In this document: positions 1-8,179 of the stretch, piece by piece | Layout: every line of letters begins with the position of its first letter | Numbering within the stretch: position 1 is the first letter of the stretch | NCBI RefSeq assembly: GCF_012571345.1 | Contig: NZ_CP046218.1 | Location: forward strand, 360,893 to 369,071 | Source: Candidatus Saccharimonadota bacterium | GTDB taxonomy: Bacteria; Pseudomonadota; Gammaproteobacteria; Enterobacterales; Enterobacteriaceae | Reading direction: 5' to 3' | DNA: 8,179 nucleotides | Made by a program: the position numbers and the translations under genes | Notes under the pieces: generated by a model | Database searches by the model: none | What the model was told of the DNA's origin: nothing | The model's input: only the letters and a program-made list of their open reading frames with translations

Positions 1-38
1 TTATAAAGATGATTATATTTATAACTTTTTTAAAATGT

Positions 39-61
39 ATTTTTCAGGACGTTCTCTATAA
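39..61 (-). other. 3' arm of the pre-16S RNase III processing stem
   Basis: Plus-strand 39-57 (atttttcaggacgttctct) is the exact reverse complement of 1707-1725. Pairing continues through a G.U pair (58/1706) and three A-U pairs (59-61/1703-1705). The arm lies about 15-18 nt downstream of the mature 16S 3' end. Confidence 0.7.
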
Positions 62-75
62 AAAGTAATTATATT

Positions 76-1632
<1,557 letters not shown>

Positions 1633-1702
1633 ATAAATCTCATTTAAATAAGAACTAATAACATCCTTACTTAAGAAACTAAGTTATAATCATAATACTA
1701 AA

Positions 1703-1725
1703 TTACAGAGAACGTCCTGAAAAAT
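1703..1725 (-). other. 5' arm of the pre-16S RNase III processing stem
   Basis: Plus-strand 1707-1725 (agagaacgtcctgaaaaat) is perfectly complementary to 39-57. The arm sits in the leader about 70-74 nt upstream of the mature 16S 5' end, analogous to the E. coli rrn leader/spacer duplex cut by RNase III. Confidence 0.7.
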
Positions 1726-1729
1726 TTTC

Positions 1730-1741
1730 TTATTAAAGAAC
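1730..1741 (-). promoter_or_regulatory. boxA-like rRNA antitermination element in the rrs leader
   Basis: The minus strand reads GTTCTTTAATAA against the E. coli rrn boxA core GCTCTTTAACAA, a 10/12 match. Both mismatches are C->T, as expected under AT drift. It lies between the putative promoter and the processing stem, the same relative position as in E. coli rrn leaders. Confidence 0.45.
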
Positions 1742-1765
1742 TATTACAAAATGTAATATAATATT

Positions 1766-1793
1766 ATTGTACATCTTAATAATTTATAGTCAA
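1766..1793 (-). promoter_or_regulatory. putative sigma-70 promoter of rrs (-35 TTGACT, 16-nt spacer, -10 TACAAT)
   Basis: The minus strand reads AAAAACTTGACT-ATAAATTATTAAGATG-TACAAT, with the -35 at 1793-1788 and the -10 at 1771-1766. An A/T-only stretch lies upstream (TATTATTATATTTTTTAACATAAAAAC, about 1794-1820) where an UP element would sit. A near-consensus -35 containing G and C is uncommon in this background. The predicted start is near 1758-1760, upstream of boxA and the stem. Confidence 0.5.
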
Positions 1794-1826
1794 GTTTTTA
1801 TGTTAAAAAATATAATAATAATATAC

Positions 1827-2648
1827 TTATATAATTTTAATTTTTTTAGTAAAATGGAACCCAATATTATATATATATTTTTTAAGATATTTTATTTTTA
1901 AAGTTTTCTTTGTATAAAGAAAAATATTTTTTTGTAAATAATATTTTTGATATGTTGGTGGAATTATTTTTTGTAATTGTGCAAGTACTTCATGATTAGA
2001 ATCAATAAATATCGTATGTCTAGGAAAAACTTTTTTGAGTTCATTTTTTATAAAAAGAAAGTGTGTACATCCTAAAATAATACTATCTGGAAAAACTGGT
2101 AAATTATACCATTTATCAAAAATATCATATAAAATTTTTATTGAATTATTTTTACCAGCGATTTTTTGTTCTGCGAAATACACTAATCTTTGTGATGCTA
2201 ATGATAATATTAAATATTGTTTATTCGTATTAATAAAGTGTATTTTTTTTTGAATATGAATGTTATTTATAGTAGTATGAGTAGCTATAATCCCAATAAC
2301 ATTATTTTTTGTGGTTTTTATCGCCTTATCAAACATAGGTGAAATACCTATAATGGGGAAATTAAAATATCTTCTTATATAAGGTAAACTAGATACACTA
2401 GCTGTATTACAGCCTATAATAGCTAATGTAATGTTATACTTATAACTAATAGTTAATAAAATTTTTAATAAACGTTTTTGTATGAAACTTTTAGACTTAT
2501 TGCCATAAGGAAAATATGCATTATCTAATAAATAAATAAAATTAATATTTTGAAATTTATTTTTAATAAAATTGAAAATAGATAAACCACCTATACCAGA
2601 ATCAAAAATAAAAATATTTAATTGAGACAAACATAATATTTTATACAC
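1827..2648 (-). CDS. murI: glutamate racemase
   Basis: The 273-aa product is co-linear with E. coli MurI. It has the FDSGIGGLS N-terminal motif and both catalytic-Cys motifs (GCNTAS, GCTHF). The start codon is GTG (2648-2646), preceded by AGGA (2659-2656) at 7-nt spacing. The gene lies directly upstream of rrs, as murI does upstream of rrsB in E. coli. Confidence 0.9.
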   Translation of the reverse strand: MYKILCLSQLNIFIFDSGIGGLSIFNFIKNKFQNINFIYLLDNAYFPYGNKSKSFIQKRLLKILLTISYKYNITLAIIGCNTASVSSLPYIRRYFNFPIIGISPMFDKAIKTTKNNVIGIIATHTTINNIHIQKKIHFINTNKQYLILSLASQRLVYFAEQKIAGKNNSIKILYDIFDKWYNLPVFPDSIILGCTHFLFIKNELKKVFPRHTIFIDSNHEVLAQLQKIIPPTYQKYYLQKNIFLYTKKTLKIKYLKKYIYNIGFHFTKKIKII

Positions 2649-2686
2649 AATAAAATCCTAATTATAAATTTTAATAAATATAAACA

Positions 2687-3865
2687 ATGAACAAAATTAT
2701 AAAGCATCATAACAATATTTATTTAGATTACGCTGCTACAACACCAATGGATCCAAGAGTTATTCAAAAAATGTATAATTATTTAATCGCTAATGATAAT
2801 TTTGGTAACTCAATTTCTCAAATACACTATTTTGGTCAAAAAGTACATGAAGATATTGAAAAAGCAAGATATCAAATTGCTAAAATAATTGGTGGTAATC
2901 CACAAAATATTATTTTTACATCTTCAGCAAGCGAATCTATTAATTTAGCTATTAAAGGTATTATTTATAAATATCCTAAAAAAAAACATATTATTACTTG
3001 TGTTAGTGAACACGCAGCAACATTACAAACTTGTTATTTTTTAGAAAAACAAAATTTATGTGATGTTACTTATTTAATAGTTTCTAACATTGGTTTAATA
3101 GATCTTGACTGTTTAGAAGATCATATAAAACATAACACTATATTAATTTCTATTATGCATGTTAATAATGAAATAGGAATCATACAAGATATACAACATA
3201 TCGGGGAAATATGCAAACAAAAAAACATTTTTTTTCATGTTGATGCTACACAAAGCATAGGTAAATATCCATTTAATTTATCTAATTATAATATTGATTT
3301 ACTTTCTTTTTCGGCACATAAGTTTTATGGACCAAAAGGTATTGGCGTTTTATATACTAAACATCCTTGTTTAATACCTTTAATACATGGCGGTAATCAT
3401 GAAAAAGGTATGCGTGCAGGTACTTTAGCAACACATCAAATTATTGGTATGGCAGAAGCATTGCATTTAACACAAAAAAATATTATGAATGAAATTGCAA
3501 GAATAAAATATTTAAAAAAAATGTTATGGAACGGAATAAGAAATATTCCAGGTATATCTTTAAATAGTAATTTAAATAATACTACTCCATATATTATTAA
3601 TATAAGATTTAAAAATATATTTAATAAATTATTATTATTAGAAATGCATAATATCGCAGTATCATTATCTTCTGCTTGTATGACAAATTCTTATAAATTA
3701 TCTCATGTTCTTCAATCTCTTGGATTAACAACAAAAGAAATACAAAGTTCAATTAGAATTTCTTTTGGCATTTTTACTACAATACAAGATATCAATGTCA
3801 CAATATCTGCTATACATGTAGCAATACATAAAATAAGACATCATAATACATTTTATTCTATATAA
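2687..3865 (+). CDS. iscS: cysteine desulfurase, IscS type (PLP-dependent)
   Basis: The 392-aa product aligns end to end with E. coli IscS, for example [15 protein letters not shown] vs IYLDYSATTPVDPRV and [16 protein letters not shown] vs [16 protein letters not shown]. The PLP lysine in [12 protein letters not shown] (K212, codon 3320-3322) and the catalytic Cys in SLSSAC (C331, codon 3677-3679) are both present. The C-terminus is about 15 aa shorter than in E. coli. Confidence 0.92.
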   Translation: MNKIIKHHNNIYLDYAATTPMDPRVIQKMYNYLIANDNFGNSISQIHYFGQKVHEDIEKARYQIAKIIGGNPQNIIFTSSASESINLAIKGIIYKYPKKKHIITCVSEHAATLQTCYFLEKQNLCDVTYLIVSNIGLIDLDCLEDHIKHNTILISIMHVNNEIGIIQDIQHIGEICKQKNIFFHVDATQSIGKYPFNLSNYNIDLLSFSAHKFYGPKGIGVLYTKHPCLIPLIHGGNHEKGMRAGTLATHQIIGMAEALHLTQKNIMNEIARIKYLKKMLWNGIRNIPGISLNSNLNNTTPYIINIRFKNIFNKLLLLEMHNIAVSLSSACMTNSYKLSHVLQSLGLTTKEIQSSIRISFGIFTTIQDINVTISAIHVAIHKIRHHNTFYSI

Positions 3866-5267
3866 TATGTATGGAAGTCGTATTAGTAGTACCACTAGGC
3901 ACTAATGCCCCAGACACCATAACAATAACATCTCCTTTAATAGCATATTTACTGGATAAGGCTACTTGTTTGCCAATAATATAAAAATCATCAGTAGATG
4001 CTATTTGTTTTACTAATTTAGGAAAAATACCTTTACTTAAAATTAATTGTTTTGCTGTTCTATAATTAGTAGTTAATGCTAAAATCATAGCTTTAGGAAA
4101 ATATTTTCGTATTGCTTTAGCAGATTTCCCTAATCTGGTTGCAACAATAATTAATGGTGCTTTTAGTTTCTCTGCTATTTCTACAGCACTACGACATACT
4201 GCATCAGTAATACTCATATCATTATGATAATAATAATGAATTCTATTTTCCATAATTAAATCTGTTCTTTCACAAATAGTAGACATAATTTTTAATGATT
4301 GTAATGGATATTTACCATTAGCACTTTCTCCAGATAACATTACTGCATCTGTACCATCTAATATTGCATTTGCGACATCCCCAGCTTCTGCTCTAGTAGG
4401 TCTAGGATTTTTTATCATTGAATCTAACATTTGTGTTGCAGTAATTACAATTTTACCAGCATAATTACATTTTTTAATAATCATTTTTTGTGCAAAAATG
4501 ACATCTTCAACGGGTATTTCCACTCCTAAATCTCCTCGCGCAACCATAATACCATCAGCAGAATTTAAAATACTATCAAAATTTTTTAATCCTGCTTGAT
4601 TTTCAATTTTAGCAATAATAGGTATATGATCCCCATCATGCAATTTTAAAAATCGTTTCATTTCTAAAATATCTTCTTGTGTACGTACAAAAGAAGCAGC
4701 AATATAATCTACATCATATTTACAAGCAAATATTAGATCTTTTTTATCTTGTCTGGATAAGAATGGCAATTTAAGAGATATGCCAGGTAGATTAATACCT
4801 TTATGTTCTGACAATATGCCATTATTAAGTACTTGGCATATTATTTGGTGTTTATCAAATGCTGTAACTACCATAGTAATTAAACCATCATCAATTAAAA
4901 TTTTATCATTAATATGTAAATCATTAATTAAATCAGCATATGTGATGGCAATGCATTGATTATTACCAATAATGTTTTGGTCTGTAGATAATATAAATTT
5001 TTGACCAGCATATAAATGGACATCCATGCCATTTTGTAAATACATTGTACGTATTTCTGGCCCTTTAGTATCTAATAATATTGCTACTTTTTGTCCTGTT
5101 TTTTTTATAATATCACGTATCTTAATAATTCTATTAAGATGATTATCATGATTACTATGTGAAAAATTTAGTCTGATAACATCCATTCCTAAATTTAAAA
5201 ATTTAGATAAAATGTATTTTGATTCAGATTGTGGACCAATAGTACAAACAATCTTTGTTTTTTTCAT
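3858..5267 (-). CDS. pykF: pyruvate kinase I (PykF type)
   Basis: The 469-aa product is near-identical in long blocks to E. coli PykF. Examples are [95 protein letters not shown] and [16 protein letters not shown]. Length and both termini match PykF rather than PykA. AGGAAA lies at 5283-5278 upstream of the ATG. Confidence 0.97.
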   Translation of the reverse strand: MKKTKIVCTIGPQSESKYILSKFLNLGMDVIRLNFSHSNHDNHLNRIIKIRDIIKKTGQKVAILLDTKGPEIRTMYLQNGMDVHLYAGQKFILSTDQNIIGNNQCIAITYADLINDLHINDKILIDDGLITMVVTAFDKHQIICQVLNNGILSEHKGINLPGISLKLPFLSRQDKKDLIFACKYDVDYIAASFVRTQEDILEMKRFLKLHDGDHIPIIAKIENQAGLKNFDSILNSADGIMVARGDLGVEIPVEDVIFAQKMIIKKCNYAGKIVITATQMLDSMIKNPRPTRAEAGDVANAILDGTDAVMLSGESANGKYPLQSLKIMSTICERTDLIMENRIHYYYHNDMSITDAVCRSAVEIAEKLKAPLIIVATRLGKSAKAIRKYFPKAMILALTTNYRTAKQLILSKGIFPKLVKQIASTDDFYIIGKQVALSSKYAIKGDVIVMVSGALVPSGTTNTTSIHII

Positions 5268-5369
5268 ATAACAAATATTTCCTAAATGTTAATCTTGCAA
5301 AAAATATATTTTATATTAATATGTTACTATTTATTAATCATCATACTTTTATATTTATATATAAAAAAA

Positions 5370-5801
5370 TCATGTATTCTGACTTATTTTGTTAATTTTA
5401 TTTTTAATCGTCTGTATAATAGTTTCTAGGCCATGTAATCTTGATAAAGTTAAATATTTATTTAAAGATAATTTTTTAAAACACATATGGATATTAAAAT
5501 TAATAATTTCATAATATTTTTTATGATTATAAAAAATAAAAATCATTGTTAATAATCCTTTTATAATAGCGGAATCACTATCTCCATGGAATATGACATA
5601 GTCACTAGAATTAATAGTAATAGTCATCCATACTTGGCTTTGACAACCAGAAATAATATTTTCTAAAGTATGTTGATTTGGTGATAGGTAAGGAATATAA
5701 TTTCCTAATTCGATAATATAAAGATACTTTTCTTCCCAATTAATACAGTTTAAAAAATTTTCTTCCATAATATTTTTATTTAATAATGAGTATTTATTCA
5801 T
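5370..5801 (-). CDS. sufE: cysteine desulfuration (sulfur acceptor) protein SufE
   Basis: The 143-aa product matches E. coli SufE, for example NWEEKYLYIIELG and the GCQSQVW motif carrying the persulfide-acceptor Cys (C53). Its ATG overlaps the sufS stop codon as ATGA (5801-5798). Confidence 0.93.
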   Translation of the reverse strand: MNKYSLLNKNIMEENFLNCINWEEKYLYIIELGNYIPYLSPNQHTLENIISGCQSQVWMTITINSSDYVIFHGDSDSAIIKGLLTMIFIFYNHKKYYEIINFNIHMCFKKLSLNKYLTLSRLHGLETIIQTIKNKINKISQNT

Positions 5802-7039
5802 AATTTTTTACTTAATAAATTATTAATATATATTATTTTTTTTATAAAAAAATCTATTTCTTCAATACTATTATATATAGTAAAAGATACACGACACATT
5901 GTTTTGACATTATAAAAATTCATAATTGGGATAGCACAATGATGACCAGTACGTATAGCAATACCATATTGATCTAAAAAACTACCAATATCATAAGCAT
6001 GGTGTCGATATAAATTAAACGCTATAATACCTACTCTATTATCTGATAAATGATTACCAAAAATTTTTATGCCAGGTATAAGTTTTAATTTTTGTAAAAT
6101 ATATTTAGTTAAGAATTTATTATATGCAATAATTTCCTGTATATCATATGTTTTAAACCATTTTAATGCAGCACCTAAACCAATAATACCAGCAATATTA
6201 GGTGTTCCTGCTTCAAACTTCCATGGTATTTGTTCCCATATGGGTTTAGAATTTTTTTGAAAATTTAATATCATTCCTCCACCAGTTTCCCATGGTTCCA
6301 TATTTTCCAATATGTTTTTTTTACCCCATAAAATACCAATACCAGTAGGACCAAATATTTTATGTCCAGAAAATACAAAAAAATCACATCCTAAATCTTT
6401 TACATTAATCTTATGATGTGTTATAGCTTGTGCGCCATCTATTATAATAATAATATTATTTTTCTTAGCTTTCTGAATAATATTTTTAATTGGATTAATA
6501 GTACCTAGAACATTTGAAATATATGTAATAGAAATTAATTTAGTATGTGTATCTATAAGTTTAGATAATTTTTCTATTTGTAATGTTCCAGTATTTGTTA
6601 ATGGAATAATATTTATTTTAAATCCTATTTTATAAGATAAAATTTTCCAAGGTAGAATATTAGAATGATGTTCCATTTCAGATATAATAATATTATCATG
6701 TTTATTAAGATTATTTATTGCCCAAGTATTAGCAATTAAATTAATACCTTCAGTAGTACTTTTTGTAAAAATAATCTCTTGTGTATATTGGGCGCCAATA
6801 AAATGAGCTATTTGTTCACGTATTTTTTCTACTGTATCTGTTGCTTGCATACTTAATGTATATATGCTTCTATGTATAGAAGCATAATGATATTTATAAA
6901 AATTTTTGAGTGCTGTAATTACTTGTATAGGTTTATGTACAGTAGCTGCATTATCAAAATAAATTAATGGGTAATTATTTATTTTATGTGAAAACACAGG
7001 AAATTGCAGTCGAATATTTTTAATAGAATATTTATTCAT
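5798..7039 (-). CDS. sufS: cysteine desulfurase SufS (group II, PLP-dependent)
   Basis: The 413-aa product is co-linear with E. coli SufS. It has TTEGINL, EMEHHSNI.PW, DGAQA..HH, the PLP-Lys motif FSGHKIFGPTGIG (K227), FEAGTPN and the active-site motif RTGHHCAIP (C368). Confidence 0.96.
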   Translation of the reverse strand: MNKYSIKNIRLQFPVFSHKINNYPLIYFDNAATVHKPIQVITALKNFYKYHYASIHRSIYTLSMQATDTVEKIREQIAHFIGAQYTQEIIFTKSTTEGINLIANTWAINNLNKHDNIIISEMEHHSNILPWKILSYKIGFKINIIPLTNTGTLQIEKLSKLIDTHTKLISITYISNVLGTINPIKNIIQKAKKNNIIIIIDGAQAITHHKINVKDLGCDFFVFSGHKIFGPTGIGILWGKKNILENMEPWETGGGMILNFQKNSKPIWEQIPWKFEAGTPNIAGIIGLGAALKWFKTYDIQEIIAYNKFLTKYILQKLKLIPGIKIFGNHLSDNRVGIIAFNLYRHHAYDIGSFLDQYGIAIRTGHHCAIPIMNFYNVKTMCRVSFTIYNSIEEIDFFIKKIIYINNLLSKKL

Positions 7040-7050
7040 ATAAAATACTT

Positions 7051-8179
7051 TTAAGTTAATAAATTAGAATATATATATTGTATGATATTATCCTTAATAT
7101 TAATATATTTAAAACCTTTTACTATATCTTCCATAAAACCATATACTAACATAGTAAATGCAGTTCTTATATTTATACCTCTTGTTCTTAAAAAGAATAT
7201 TTGTGTAGTACTTATTTTGCCGATGAATGCACTATGTTTAGAATGTACATTATTATTATAAATATTAAGTTCAGGATGTACTGTAATTTTAGATAACTTA
7301 TCAAGTAATAAATTATTAAATTTTATTTTACTATATGTATTTTCTGCTATATTATTAATAATAATTTTGCCTAATAAATTTATTATGGATGATTCTATAC
7401 CAATTGTTTTATGTAACTGATAACTATAACAATTTTGTCCGTTATGTTCTAAATAATTATGTATAATTAAATTATTTTTTTTTACTATATTTAAACTTTT
7501 ATAAGTTAAAAAAGAATTATGACCTTGCAAATAAAAATTATTAATATTTTTAATATTTAAACTTGATGTTATGCAATCATATTTTGCCATTTTGACATTT
7601 TTATGTAAATTATATTCATAATAAGTATTATGAAAATTATTTAAATTAGTAAGTTTATTCGTTATAATAGTATGATGGCGAAGTTTGATATTGCTATGAA
7701 CATTATAATATAAACAAATATTATTTGTATAAAATTTATTCATATTAATAAAATTTTCTATAAATACGATATTTTTACTATATATATTAATAGTATTATA
7801 ATAATTAGAAGTAATATAATGTTGATCTAAATGCACATGAGTATTTATATATAAAAAATATATAGGAATAGCATGATGACTATTTTTAGCAATATCATTA
7901 ATATTAATTATTAGTTGTTGTTGTGAAAAAATATAAGCTAAATAAATACTCAGATAATTATTATAATGCTTATTTTTAATTGATAAACAAGTATTTTTAT
8001 TATGTATTGTAATTTTATAAAAATCATTTTCAATATTACTATAATTTTGATAAAACAAACCATTTATAAAATATAAGCAGATGGCATTTTTTATTAAAAA
8101 AAAACTTGAGATTGTATTTATACAATTTTTTACATTTATTTTAGAAAAATATTTATTATGATAATTATTTTGTACAAAT
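7051..8179 (-). CDS. sufD: Fe-S cluster assembly protein SufD, 5'-partial (runs off the window edge)
   Basis: The C-terminal region aligns with E. coli SufD: HPELNIYNNNVHSKHSAFIGKISTTQIFFLRTRGI vs [35 protein letters not shown], and also QLHKTI. It lies immediately upstream of sufS. The frame stays open for all 40 codons from 8059 to 8178, so the TTG at 8058 used by the ORF track is unlikely to be the true start. E. coli SufD is 423 aa, and 375 codons are visible here. Confidence 0.85.
   Translation of the reverse strand, partial: FVQNNYHNKYFSKINVKNCINTISSFFLIKNAICLYFINGLFYQNYSNIENDFYKITIHNKNTCLSIKNKHYNNYLSIYLAYIFSQQQLIININDIAKNSHHAIPIYFLYINTHVHLDQHYITSNYYNTINIYSKNIVFIENFINMNKFYTNNICLYYNVHSNIKLRHHTIITNKLTNLNNFHNTYYEYNLHKNVKMAKYDCITSSLNIKNINNFYLQGHNSFLTYKSLNIVKKNNLIIHNYLEHNGQNCYSYQLHKTIGIESSIINLLGKIIINNIAENTYSKIKFNNLLLDKLSKITVHPELNIYNNNVHSKHSAFIGKISTTQIFFLRTRGINIRTAFTMLVYGFMEDIVKGFKYINIKDNIIQYIYSNLLT

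Noticed and set aside
1-13. Second boxA-like motif downstream of 16S (minus-strand ATCATCTTTATAA)
   Set aside because: Only the TCTTTA core matches. It sits at the window edge and is indistinguishable from background AT-rich sequence.
2035-2253. 72-aa plus-strand ORF
   Set aside because: It is fully antisense to well-supported murI. The sequence is low-complexity and K/I/F-rich, with no start context. It is a by-product of AT-rich codon bias on the opposite strand.
5268-5369. Possible pykF promoter (minus-strand TTAATA at 5337-5332, 16-nt spacer, TATAAA at 5315-5310) and possible sufE terminator in the 102-bp spacer
   Set aside because: The spacer is almost pure A/T, so -10/-35-like hexamers arise by chance at many positions. 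No GC-containing hairpin followed by a U-tract is visible. pykF may simply be co-transcribed with suf. This cannot be supported as a feature from sequence alone.
6069-6260. 63-aa plus-strand ORF
   Set aside because: It is fully antisense to the conserved core of sufS, with no recognisable motifs and no room for its own expression signals.
8056-8058. TTG as the sufD start codon (as in the ORF track)
   Set aside because: The reading frame stays open upstream to the window edge, and the product would be about 88 aa shorter than E. coli SufD. It is treated as an internal Leu codon.

Overview
This window comes from a very AT-rich, tightly packed genome. Its 16S rRNA and all six proteins are co-linear with Enterobacterales (E. 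coli K-12) orthologues, which fits a reduced-genome gammaproteobacterial endosymbiont of the insect-associated type. I cannot name the species without a database search. Reading along the minus strand, the order is sufD (its 5' end runs off the window), sufS, sufE, pykF, then iscS on the opposite strand converging on pykF, then murI, then a complete 16S rRNA gene. The 16S gene has a recognisable promoter, a boxA-like leader element and a flanking RNase III processing stem. The conserved 16S blocks are visibly much more GC-rich than the coding DNA. Apart from four short spacers (1-75, 1633-1826, 2649-2686, 5268-5369) plus an 11-nt gap, every base is assigned to a housekeeping gene. I found no mobile element, CRISPR array, defence or toxin gene, unexplained ORF or unexplained repeat, so I do not think this window holds a novel system. 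The findings are modest: a compact rrs leader and processing stem, an orphan C-terminally shortened iscS next to a suf cluster, an 8-bp overlap of convergent gene ends, a 38-bp divergent spacer, a mosaic of three ancestral neighbourhoods, an ORF-track start artefact for sufD, and in-frame 9-nt homopolymers.
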